From: Treponemataceae bacterium
GTDB taxonomy: Bacteria > Spirochaetota > Spirochaetia > Treponematales > Rectinemataceae
Length of the DNA stretch: 64,000 bases
Assembly (NCBI GenBank): GCA_963667725.2
Contig: CAXXHO010000003.1
Span: forward strand, 1,728,001 to 1,792,000
Direction of reading: 5' to 3'
Within the stretch, counting starts at the first letter, position 1. The number at the start of each line of letters is the position of its first letter. The notes under the pieces were generated by a model. That model was not told the DNA's origin. It made no database searches and worked only from the letters and a program-made list of their open reading frames with translations. Both the position numbers and the translations under genes were made by a program. Shown here piece by piece: positions 1-8,716 of the stretch.

Positions 1-545
1 TGGGTTTTGGGATTTATCCCGAGGAAGGGCTGGATTTCCAGGAGCCCCTCTGGTCGGGTAAGCCTGTAATCCCTTATGCCGAGCATGACATCGACGATCT
101 GCGCGTCGATGGTCTTCTTGGGGTATTTATCGTAATACGTATCGGGCTGATATGGCCCGGGCTCGCTGAAATCCATGAGCAGCGGGGAGATGACGAGCCT
201 GCCGTACTTCTGGTCGCCCAGGTCGAGAATGCCGTCCCGTACCAGCGGCGTTTCGTCGGCGGATTTCGCGTAAACGCCCGTCAGGTCGTCCTCCATCAGC
301 TTGAATATGTCTCCCGGCTCGTTTTCCATGACCGACAGCATGTTGCGTATCTTTTCGCCGCCTCGATGGAAGAGCGAGGAAGCCAGGTATTCGAAGGAAG
401 TGAGCTGGCTGAAAAGGGCTTCGAGTCTCCTCCTCCTCAATGTCTGTATGAGCGCGAGAAAGGAGGGGTGCGACAGCGTGTGGGCATGGCAGTGAATGTC
501 GAAGAAATCCGGGAGACCAACGCCGGCGCCGGTTTTTACGCTCAT
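1..545 (-). CDS. Amidohydrolase-family metalloenzyme (3' end runs off window)
   Basis: Manual translation from ATG at 545: MSVKTGAGVGLPDFFDIHCHAHTLSHP..., open to position 1. N-terminal DxHxH metal motif. ATGA overlap with the stop of the upstream DMT gene. Confidence 0.7.
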   Translation of the reverse strand, partial: MSVKTGAGVGLPDFFDIHCHAHTLSHPSFLALIQTLRRRRLEALFSQLTSFEYLASSLFHRGGEKIRNMLSVMENEPGDIFKLMEDDLTGVYAKSADETPLVRDGILDLGDQKYGRLVISPLLMDFSEPGPYQPDTYYDKYPKKTIDAQIVDVMLGIRDYRLTRPEGLLEIQPFLGINPKT

Positions 546-1471
546 TTCTCCGCTTCCCTCTCCGCCCGGCTCTGTCGGTTGGCTATCCATACCCCTAGTA
601 TAATCACGATCGCGCCCAGACCTTGCATGATCTCGAAGCGTTCCTTGCGGATAGTCACGCCGGCCACGATGGTGATCACGGTGACGAGATTGGCGAAGAC
701 GGCGCTCTGCGAGGCCTTCAGCCTGGTGAGAGTGAAATTGATTAGGAAGAACGCGACGATGGACGAGAGGATGCCGAGATAGGCTATGGAATACCATACC
801 GAGGCCATGCGCGAAAGGAGAGAGCCGGGTGCCGCCGGGGACTGGGCGAACCACAGCGACTTCACGAGGACGATGAGGCCGAAGGCTATCGCCCCCGCCC
901 ACATCATGGCGAAGGTCCGCTCGAAATCGCTGAAGCGTCGGGAGGCTTTACGGGATAGTACGTTGAACAGCGCGGCGCTCAACATGGAGCCTATCAGGAA
1001 AAAGACCCCTCTCAGGGTACCTTCGCCGTCAGCCGCGCCAGCCCCCGGGCCGGTGAGAACGACAATGGCGACGCCCAGGATCGAGAGAACAAGGCCGAGG
1101 GTCTGCAGGGGCGTCGTCTTTTCCTTGAGCGCGAAAATGCTTAAGATGGCGACAAAGGCCGGCAGGGCGCCGAGGATGATGCCTGCTGTGCTGGTCGACG
1201 ACTCGCGCACCCCGTAGGTTTCGAAGATGAAATACAGGATGGGCTGGAAAAGACAGGTCAGGATGAGTATGCCTGGTTTCTTCCCCCTGTAGTCCAGCTT
1301 CACCACCTTAACCGCGACGAGAACGCTCATGATGAGGGCGGCCAGAAGGAAGCGAGCGAAAATCAGCTCCATCGGGTCGAGCATGTCGAGGGCGCTCTTG
1401 GTGACGAGGAATGAAAAGCCGAATATGGTCGACCAGCCGATGCCGGCCGCTATTGAAACTGTCCGATTCAT
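542..1471 (-). CDS. DMT/EamA family transporter
   Basis: Two EamA-like hydrophobic halves (IFGFSF...RFLLAA...QPILYFIFETYG; YLGILSSIVAFFLIN). Start placed at MNRTV just downstream of a promoter-like motif. Confidence 0.85.
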   Translation of the reverse strand: MNRTVSIAAGIGWSTIFGFSFLVTKSALDMLDPMELIFARFLLAALIMSVLVAVKVVKLDYRGKKPGILILTCLFQPILYFIFETYGVRESSTSTAGIILGALPAFVAILSIFALKEKTTPLQTLGLVLSILGVAIVVLTGPGAGAADGEGTLRGVFFLIGSMLSAALFNVLSRKASRRFSDFERTFAMMWAGAIAFGLIVLVKSLWFAQSPAAPGSLLSRMASVWYSIAYLGILSSIVAFFLINFTLTRLKASQSAVFANLVTVITIVAGVTIRKERFEIMQGLGAIVIILGVWIANRQSRAEREAEK

Positions 1472-1572
1472 TGTGGCGACAGTAGCATCGGCGCGATTTC
1501 TTGGCAATCGGCGCATGACAGTATGATGCGCGGCCTTTCCGGTTATGATATATTCACGACAGAGGTGGAGCG

Positions 1573-1995
1573 ATGGAAAACAACGTGGAAGCTTTCTGGG
1601 CCGACTTCGAGAGGGAAACCGGCGAAAAAGTGCTCGCCAGGACCATGGGGCAATTCTTCTCTTCGTCCAAGGATCGAGGCGACTGGGGTCTTCTCGTCCT
1701 CTCCCCCACAGGTATCCGCTTCCGCAGGACACCGGGCGAAAATTGGCTTGCCTCGATGTTCAAGACTTCCTCTCCTCCCGTATCGACGAAAAACGTGGAG
1801 GATCTCGTCATTTCCTATGCTTCGATTTCCGGTGTTACGAATCCGCCCAAGAAATTCCTGGATTTCCTGTTTGGAAGCCCCTTTCTGCTTATGGTGATAT
1901 CCTTCGAGAAGGACGGGCAAAGCCGGGAGGCTCGTTTCGCGGTCGATCCCAAGAGCGATTTCTGCAAGAGGCTGAAGACTTTTATCCAAGACTGA
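1573..1995 (+). CDS. Hypothetical protein (140 aa)
   Basis: ORF with GAGGTGGAG RBS and host-like codon usage; no recognised motif. Confidence 0.65.
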   Translation: MENNVEAFWADFERETGEKVLARTMGQFFSSSKDRGDWGLLVLSPTGIRFRRTPGENWLASMFKTSSPPVSTKNVEDLVISYASISGVTNPPKKFLDFLFGSPFLLMVISFEKDGQSREARFAVDPKSDFCKRLKTFIQD

Positions 1996-2004
1996 AAAAA
2001 GCGT

Positions 2005-2685
2005 TCAGTCGAGCTGGTAAGGCAATCTCGCGGCGCCGAGATGAGGGGCGCACCACTTCGCCCCGGCCTTCAGCAGCGTTTCTTCGGAAAAGCTCGTCGT
2101 GAGCCCCAGGCAAGCGGCGCCGGCGCTTACCCCGGCCATGATGCCGTTCACCGCGTCATCGACCACGAGGCACCTGCCGATATCCACGCCAATCCTGGAA
2201 GCCGCGAGCAAGTAGATATCGGGAAAGGGTTTTTTCCTCTCGATGTCAGAACCGGTAACCACGGCGTCGAAAAAATCGGTGCCGATGCCGAGCACTCGCA
2301 GGTTTATCTTCACCTTGGCGAGATCGGCCGCCGAGGCCAGGGCTATTTTAAGCCCCATCTCCCTGCAGGCGTGGAGATACTCCGGGGCCCCGGGCAGGAC
2401 CTTTACGTATTCGGAAGCGAGCTCCCCGTAAATCTCGTAGGTCCAGGCCTTGGCGGCGGGAAGATCGACGGAAAGCCCCATCTCTTCGGCGGGGCCGCCT
2501 ATGAAACGATCCTCGCCGGCGCCCACATAGGGGTAGAAAATGCTTCGCGGCGCTTCGGCGCCATAGCGCTGCCTGAACATCTTCATGGCTGATTGCGCGA
2601 TGAGCTCCTCCGAATCCACGAGGACTCCGTCCATGTCGAAAAGAACCGCGTCGAACTTTTCGGCCGTAAAACCGCCACCTTCCAT
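2005..2685 (-). CDS. HAD-superfamily phosphatase (beta-PGM/CbbY-like)
   Basis: Motif I FDMDGVLVDS, KKPFPDIY, VVDDAVNGI; GAGGAG RBS upstream of ATG 2685. Confidence 0.9.
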   Translation of the reverse strand: MEGGGFTAEKFDAVLFDMDGVLVDSEELIAQSAMKMFRQRYGAEAPRSIFYPYVGAGEDRFIGGPAEEMGLSVDLPAAKAWTYEIYGELASEYVKVLPGAPEYLHACREMGLKIALASAADLAKVKINLRVLGIGTDFFDAVVTGSDIERKKPFPDIYLLAASRIGVDIGRCLVVDDAVNGIMAGVSAGAACLGLTTSFSEETLLKAGAKWCAPHLGAARLPYQLD

Positions 2686-2824
2686 TCTGACTCCTCGCAA
2701 AGCTTCCAATTCGGGCTGACTGTAGCATATCGTCCCGCAGCGCTTCCAGCCTTCTGGCAATCCAGCCTTCCAGCGCTTCCGGCCTGGATTGCCCTTTTCA
2801 CGCCAAACCGCTATCTTTCCACCG

Positions 2825-3925
2825 ATGACCGACATCGCCGCCACCATGGCGAGCGCGCGCATACCTTTCAGGGAATTCGGCCTCACCGCCGTCGATTCCT
2901 ACTGCGGATTCGCCATGGACAGACCGATAAAATTTTTCCTCGTCGAAGGCAGCGTTGTCGATCTCGCGAAAAACTTCGAAACCCTGGGCTATCCCGCCCT
3001 GCCCTATGCCGACGCCAGCCTCGACGCCACCGCGGCGGGTTGCGAGGCTCGTTTTCTCTGCGTCGACGACATCGACAGGAAAGATGTCGGTGCCCTGGGC
3101 ATGAGCGCTTTCCGGAGAAATTCTCTCGACGGCCGCTACTTCGATCCACATGGAATCTATGCCGACCTGAAAAAACGACAATTTAAGGTGGAACGGAAAA
3201 ACGGGGAAAACATACTTTTTGAGACGGCAGCACTCCTGTCGCGCCTTCATCCAGCCCCGGAGACGACGATCGGGGCGCTTCCCCTCCCCGGCGCCGCCTC
3301 CGTCCTCTGGCAGAGGGACCTTCTCTCGCTCATCCTGCAGGGGCCCAATTCGGCCGCAGCTTTCGAACTCCTCAGGGAGAGCGGCTTCGTAAAAGCCTAC
3401 TGGCCCGACCTGGACGCCCTCCTCCTCGTCGATCACGCCAAGGACTGCCACCCCGAAGGCGGGGGATGGTCACACACGATGGAGGCCCTGGGCTACCGAA
3501 AATCCCTGGATCTGCCCCTTTCCCTCGCCCTTCTCCTTCACGACATCGGCAAGCCGCGCTCCGAATCGAGCGAAGGGCATCGATTCGACAAGCATGCGGA
3601 AATAGGTGCCAGAATAGCGGCCCGCTTTCTCCGGTCGCTGGGTTTTGACGAAAAAATCATACGCGACGCATGCTTCATGATCCGCTGGCACATGCTGCCC
3701 GCCGGCCTGCCCCGCATTCCCCTCTCGACGGTGAGCGACGTCATCCTCGACAGCCGTTTCGTGGATCTTCTGGAGCTTTTCCGCTGCGACGAATTTTCCT
3801 CGTTCAAGGGGCCGGACGGATACTATGCCTCATGCGCGGCCTACAAGGCTTTCATGAGAAACCATAAAAATCCATACCGGGACCAGGACGGCAGAAAAAA
3901 GGCTCAGATTTTTTCCAGGCTGTGA
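2825..3925 (+). CDS. HD-domain protein related to CCA-adding enzyme/poly(A) polymerase, with degenerate nucleotidyltransferase head
   Basis: HPEGGGWSHT, LLLHDIGKP, HAEIGA, IRWHM; upstream FDPHGIYADL resembles the class II NTase body. Confidence 0.75.
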   Translation: MTDIAATMASARIPFREFGLTAVDSYCGFAMDRPIKFFLVEGSVVDLAKNFETLGYPALPYADASLDATAAGCEARFLCVDDIDRKDVGALGMSAFRRNSLDGRYFDPHGIYADLKKRQFKVERKNGENILFETAALLSRLHPAPETTIGALPLPGAASVLWQRDLLSLILQGPNSAAAFELLRESGFVKAYWPDLDALLLVDHAKDCHPEGGGWSHTMEALGYRKSLDLPLSLALLLHDIGKPRSESSEGHRFDKHAEIGARIAARFLRSLGFDEKIIRDACFMIRWHMLPAGLPRIPLSTVSDVILDSRFVDLLELFRCDEFSSFKGPDGYYASCAAYKAFMRNHKNPYRDQDGRKKAQIFSRL

Positions 3926-5121
3926 TGGTATTCCAGAACCCATTTGGGCGCGCGGAACTGCCTGAAATCATCGTAATTCGCTATCAGGACATCCACGATC
4001 GACTGATCGACAGGCATCGCCCGCAGCGTCTCGAAGGCTTCCTTGGGCGCCACCGGGTCCCTGTACGGCCTTTCGCCCACCAGCGCCTCGAAGACGTCCA
4101 CCACGGCGATGATGCGCGATTCCTCCGGGATTTCCTTGGCCATCAGCCCTTCGGGATAGCCGGAGCCGTCGACGCGCTCATGGTGGTAGAGAACGATGGA
4201 ACTGAGATGCGTGAGTTCCTTGAAGTTCTTGAGTATCCTGGCCGAGATGATCGGATGGGCCGCCACCGCCTGCTGCTCCGGCTTCGTGAGAGGTCCGGCC
4301 TTCAGAAGCAGGCTGGAAGGAATGCTGATCTTGCCGATGTCGTGAAGCAGGGCCGCCGTGTAGAGATTGCGGAGCCGCCTTCCCTTGTAACCCATTTTCA
4401 TCCCCAGATACATGGTGAGGACGGCCACGCGCCGTGAATGGTTGGCGGAAAACTGCTCGGTCTGTTCAAAGAGAAAAATGATGGACTCGAGTCCCTTCGT
4501 TTCATAGAAGATCAGATCCTTGCGCCAGAGCCAGACGGAAACCGAATAGCCGATGGCCATGGTCAAGATGATGACGAGGAGATAATCCCGCCAGTCGAGA
4601 AGCGGTTTCTCGAAGTCCGCCTTGAGCGAATACATGAGATCATGCCCATCGGCCGGAGCGATCACCAGTTTGTTTTCGGATTGGAGGGCATCGAGGAGAC
4701 CCTGGGCGTTCATCGTGACGACTCCCTTCCAGCCCGTGAGAGGGTTGAAGCCGAAATCGTCTTTCAACGAGAAGGAAAGGTTCAGACTCGTGTCGTTGCT
4801 GCTTATGTCGAAATCGTCCAAGGGAGGGCTGCCCCGCTGGAGCTTAATCTCATTGACGAAAGGGTAGATTTCGAGCGCATCGTCCAGGAGAGACTGCGCG
4901 TCGGGAATCCTGTTCCCCTCCACCAGGTTGCGGACTTCGCTCCACGAGAAATACCCGTCGTTGAGGGCTGAAGCCTGAATCTGGACCATCGCCTTGAGGC
5001 CGATCTGAGTGGTCCTGAACTGCGTATCCCTCTGCGAAACCTTAATCGCTGTTATCATGGCTATGGACATGATAAAAAGGAAAAGGATAAAAACAACTGT
5101 TTTAAATGCATAACGTTTCAT
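3904..5121 (-). CDS. Membrane-anchored HD-GYP c-di-GMP phosphodiesterase
   Basis: Two TM segments flanking a periplasmic region, then HSRRVA...LLHDIGK...HHERVDGSGYP...RPYR. Confidence 0.9.
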   Translation of the reverse strand: MKRYAFKTVVFILFLFIMSIAMITAIKVSQRDTQFRTTQIGLKAMVQIQASALNDGYFSWSEVRNLVEGNRIPDAQSLLDDALEIYPFVNEIKLQRGSPPLDDFDISSNDTSLNLSFSLKDDFGFNPLTGWKGVVTMNAQGLLDALQSENKLVIAPADGHDLMYSLKADFEKPLLDWRDYLLVIILTMAIGYSVSVWLWRKDLIFYETKGLESIIFLFEQTEQFSANHSRRVAVLTMYLGMKMGYKGRRLRNLYTAALLHDIGKISIPSSLLLKAGPLTKPEQQAVAAHPIISARILKNFKELTHLSSIVLYHHERVDGSGYPEGLMAKEIPEESRIIAVVDVFEALVGERPYRDPVAPKEAFETLRAMPVDQSIVDVLIANYDDFRQFRAPKWVLEYHHSLEKI

Positions 5122-5167
5122 AATAGAAAGAATAATATCGGAAAACCAGGAAGATTTCAAGAATGGA

Positions 5168-5386
5168 TCACGTGGTCCGTTTACGGTAGTCGGCCACCAG
5201 GGAAAGAGCGTCCTCTTCCTGTTCGTCAGGGACGACAATGCTGACTCCCTTTATGGTTGTGGAAAAGAGGGGGTTCATGTTGAGCATATTGTCAGACATT
5301 ATTACGGCGTCCATTCCGCCCGATTTCAGAATGCTGAGCACAACGATGGCATCGTCCTGAAAGGTCGACGTGAAAATAGTCTTCAT
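5168..5386 (-). CDS. DUF2007-like small putative signal-transducing protein
   Basis: 72 aa with the A.V..S.L.S.G....D......GVSIVVPDEQ.EDA pattern; ATGA-coupled to pepP. Confidence 0.65.
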   Translation of the reverse strand: MKTIFTSTFQDDAIVVLSILKSGGMDAVIMSDNMLNMNPLFSTTIKGVSIVVPDEQEEDALSLVADYRKRTT

Positions 5387-6777
5387 ATGCCCCTCCTCGC
5401 CTGTTCGATGGCCTCAAGGCTCTTGTCCAGTGGCGGTCCCAGCCGTCGGGAAGCCTTCTCCATGACAAGCCAGTCCTCTTCGATACGCATTCCGCCGCCG
5501 CCGCGCCATTTGCGCAGTTCGGCATAATCGATGAACGTTTCATTGATACGTTCGGCTTCCCACTTGTCGATGAGGCCGGGAATGAAATAGATGCCCGGCT
5601 CCACGGAATGGACCATGCCGGGCTTCAGCTTTTTCGCCAGCCTCAAGGAACTCAGGCCGAACTGCTCGCTTCGCCTCGTGTCGGAATAGCCCACATTATC
5701 CTCGCCCAGTCCCTCCATGTCGTGCACGTCGAGGCCTATCATATGGCCGAGCCCGTGGGGGAAGAAAAGAGCGTGGGCGCCCGAGGCGACGGCTTCCTCC
5801 GGATCCCCCTTCATGATCCCTAGCTGGACGAAACCCCGCGCTAAGGCCAGGCTGGCGGCTCGGTGCGCGTCCAAAAAGGGCAGTCCCGGTTTCAGGATTC
5901 GCGTCGCCTCCGCGAACATGGACAGAAGCACCCGATAGACAGCCGCTTTTTGGGGAGGGAAGTTGCCGCCGACGGGAAAGCTTGTCGTGAGATCGCCTGG
6001 ATAGCCCGAGGGCAGCTCGGCTCCCCCATCGAGAAGGAATGTATCGCCGTCGCGGCAGATGGAATTTCTTTCGTGGTTGTGGAGGACTTCCCCATGCACC
6101 GTTCCGATCGTGCCGAAGCTGAGCGCGCAACCACGCCTCGCGGCCAGGTATTGGAACAGCGCGGCGGCTTCCGTCTCGGTCCAGCCGGGACGCAGCTGCG
6201 CTAAAAGCGCCGTATGGATCTCGGCGCTTATGGCGGTGGCTTTCTCCAGCTCCGCCACTTCCCTCTCTTCCTTTATTTCCCTCAAGGAGACGATCGCCTG
6301 GATGAGCTCGGGGCTAGCGCTGTCGCGGATGATGTCAGCGGGAATTTCGAGGATTCCCGCCACGCGGCGAATGGTCTCTTCCCTGGAGAAGGGAGGATAA
6401 TGGATAGAGGGCGTCGACAGACCGGACAGATACCGCCCCGCAAGCGAAAGCGGCATGACGCAATCGATTCCGGAAAGGGCGGCCAGTTCGGCGACCCCGC
6501 GCTTCGGCCCCGTCCAAATCATATCGTCCATGGAAACATCGTCTCCGAAGAGCATCGCGCTTCCGTCGGCGATATCGATGAGAGCCGTCATCGCGGGTTC
6601 GTTAAGGCCGATAAAATAGAGCCAGTTCGAATCCTGCCTGAAAGGGTAGCAGTTGTCGGGATAATTTATGGGACTTTCGGAATGGGCGGCGAGAAGCACA
6701 GACCCGCTTGCGCCGCGGTCGCGCAGCGAGGCCGCGAGCTTTCTTCGCCGCGCATCATATACGGAGCTTTCAAACAT
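5383..6777 (-). CDS. pepP: Xaa-Pro aminopeptidase (M24B)
   Basis: FRQDSNW, LHN, DGGAE...GDLT, HGLGHMIGLDVHD, VEPGIYF, RIEED. Confidence 0.9.
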   Translation of the reverse strand: MFESSVYDARRRKLAASLRDRGASGSVLLAAHSESPINYPDNCYPFRQDSNWLYFIGLNEPAMTALIDIADGSAMLFGDDVSMDDMIWTGPKRGVAELAALSGIDCVMPLSLAGRYLSGLSTPSIHYPPFSREETIRRVAGILEIPADIIRDSASPELIQAIVSLREIKEEREVAELEKATAISAEIHTALLAQLRPGWTETEAAALFQYLAARRGCALSFGTIGTVHGEVLHNHERNSICRDGDTFLLDGGAELPSGYPGDLTTSFPVGGNFPPQKAAVYRVLLSMFAEATRILKPGLPFLDAHRAASLALARGFVQLGIMKGDPEEAVASGAHALFFPHGLGHMIGLDVHDMEGLGEDNVGYSDTRRSEQFGLSSLRLAKKLKPGMVHSVEPGIYFIPGLIDKWEAERINETFIDYAELRKWRGGGGMRIEEDWLVMEKASRRLGPPLDKSLEAIEQARRGI

Positions 6778-6783
6778 GAGGCC

Positions 6784-6812
6784 ATACTAAGCTCCGCCGA
6801 TGCTTTGGTCAA
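6784..6812 (-). promoter_or_regulatory. sigma70-type promoter of pepP (leaderless geometry)
   Basis: TTGACC-17nt-TAGTAT, 6 nt before the ATG. Confidence 0.65.
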
Positions 6813-6909
6813 CAAAGGACTCCGATGTCACTTCGTCCTTTCCTATGGAAGGGAAAATTCTCTGTATCCATAAATGGCGAAACATCCAGCTTCGGGTATG
6901 GTAATCATA

Positions 6910-7260
6910 ATGAACTATGTCCAGGAATGCCTCGCCATGAATCTCAGGACAAGACGGGCTGTCATGAATCTGTCCCAGGAGGCTCTCGCTGAACAGGCAG
7001 ACCTTTCTCCCGGATTCATCGCCAACCTAGAGACGGGACGCAGCTGGCCATCGGCCAAGTCCCTGCTCAAACTCAGCATGGCATTAAAAATCGAACCCTC
7101 CAAGCTTTTGGTCGACCCCCAAAAGGACGAGATAGGCTATACGAAGGAAGAGCTCCTTATGATGTTCGAACGGGTCAAAAACAACTTCATGGAAGAATTG
7201 CCCGCCAGCTATTCCGCTCCTCGGCAATTAATGGGCGAGCATAGCGGCAAGCATCGCTAA
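6910..7260 (+). CDS. XRE-family HTH transcriptional regulator
   Basis: NLRTRR...LSQEALAEQADLSPGFIANLETGRSWPS. Confidence 0.85.
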   Translation: MNYVQECLAMNLRTRRAVMNLSQEALAEQADLSPGFIANLETGRSWPSAKSLLKLSMALKIEPSKLLVDPQKDEIGYTKEELLMMFERVKNNFMEELPASYSAPRQLMGEHSGKHR

Positions 7261-8609
7261 AGCCCAAGCTTCTCCATCGCCTTACGATTCCCTTCGGCTT
7301 TTACAGCGTTCAACGTATTCATCCTAAGAAAAATCCATACGCCGATGACGAGAAGAACGGCGGGGATCAGGGCCGTATGGAGCCGAATGCCCAACTGGGC
7401 CTTGGGGGCGCGCGGGCTCTGTGCGAAACCAGTCAGGCTGTGGACTATCCAGAATGACACGGCCTGCACCGCGTAGGCGAGCCTTCCGGCGAATGCCCTG
7501 AAGCCGATATAGACACCATCGTCCCGCTTTTTCGTCGTCACGACGATTTCGTCGATGACGTCGGCCATGGCCGGCGTCATCAGCATCCAGAAACCGCCGA
7601 AGGAGATTCCCCACGCGAACATCGCGGCGACGAATCCGTTATGGCTTGTCACGAACATGAGGGGGACGCAGAAGACGGCGAGCCCCAGCGCGGAGAGGGC
7701 GAGCAGTGTCTGATTGGATTTTACCCGCTTCTTGATCCCCAGCCAGAGGGGAATGCCCGCCAGGGCGCCGGCGAGCATGCCGGCGAAGATGAGGGTCGTG
7801 CTCCTGCCGCCCAGAAGATAGTCGCCCACGTAGTGGATGGATGCCGTCATGGATATCGTGGCCGACTGGTAGAAAAAATACAGCACTATGAAAGCGAGGA
7901 AATTGCGGCATGAAAATGCCGCCTTCAGCTGGGTTTTCAGCGAGGCTTTTTCCTTTCGGGCGGCTTCCTGGGCAAGATAGCGAGCTATCATGTCGGGCGT
8001 TTCGCGCACGCCGGGAAGGAGAAGGAGGGCTGCCGCGACGCTCACGGCGGCGAAGATAAAGGCATTCCCGAGGTAGGTCGCCGGTTGGCCGTATCGTACG
8101 AAGAAGGTGGGCAGGACGGCGCCGCCCGCCACGCCCACTACGCCTATGAGGGTGGCAATCCCGGCGGCTTTCGCCCTCGGGGCTTCCTCCCTAAACTTGT
8201 CGGGGAAGAGGGATTGATAGTTGACTTCCCAGGTGGAATAGAGGGCGTCATAGAGACAGATGGAAAGGAGGAGCCAGAGGAAGGTCATGCCTAAGGGGGC
8301 GACGGGCGGGGCGAAGATGAGAACGAAGGCCAGGGCGCAGGACAAGGATCCGACGACGATCCATGGAAAACGGCGGCCGTGACGGCTGGTGAATCGCGTG
8401 GGCCGGGAAGTCAGGAAGCCGATCAAGGGATCGTTCAGGGCGTTCCAGGCAGAATAGAGAACGATCGCCAATGCCACGAGACCGGCGGGAAGTCCGATTT
8501 CCGTCTCATAGTATTTGAAAACGAGGGAAGCGAAGGCGCCCGTCAAAAATTCAGCGAGAAATTTTCCTGTTCCGTAGGATGCCATAAGGGGGATCGTGTT
8601 TTTGGCCAT
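7257..8609 (-). CDS. MFS transporter, glycoside-pentoside-hexuronide (MelB-like) family
   Basis: WNALNDPLIG...GRRFPW, MADVIDE...G.Y, about 12 TM segments. Confidence 0.85.
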   Translation of the reverse strand: MAKNTIPLMASYGTGKFLAEFLTGAFASLVFKYYETEIGLPAGLVALAIVLYSAWNALNDPLIGFLTSRPTRFTSRHGRRFPWIVVGSLSCALAFVLIFAPPVAPLGMTFLWLLLSICLYDALYSTWEVNYQSLFPDKFREEAPRAKAAGIATLIGVVGVAGGAVLPTFFVRYGQPATYLGNAFIFAAVSVAAALLLLPGVRETPDMIARYLAQEAARKEKASLKTQLKAAFSCRNFLAFIVLYFFYQSATISMTASIHYVGDYLLGGRSTTLIFAGMLAGALAGIPLWLGIKKRVKSNQTLLALSALGLAVFCVPLMFVTSHNGFVAAMFAWGISFGGFWMLMTPAMADVIDEIVVTTKKRDDGVYIGFRAFAGRLAYAVQAVSFWIVHSLTGFAQSPRAPKAQLGIRLHTALIPAVLLVIGVWIFLRMNTLNAVKAEGNRKAMEKLGL

Positions 8610-8681
8610 GGGCGAATACTACCGTCAGCCTCTTCAGAAATCAACAAGAACCTTGAGGAACGGCGCGGGATATGATCAAGG

Positions 8682-8710
8682 TTGACAGTCGGAAGGATAG
8701 TTTCTAGTAT
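8682..8710 (+). promoter_or_regulatory. sigma70-type promoter of the M16 gene (leaderless geometry)
   Basis: TTGACA-17nt-TAGTAT, 6 nt before ATG 8717. Confidence 0.7.
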
Positions 8711-8716
8711 TGGACG

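Noticed and set aside
3904..3925. 22-bp convergent overlap of two HD-domain genes as a functional pair
   Set aside because: Different HD subfamilies; short 3' overlaps are common (another at 7257-7260).
6910..7260. XRE gene as a prophage repressor or antitoxin
   Set aside because: No adjacent phage, integrase or toxin gene; flanked by pepP and an MFS transporter.
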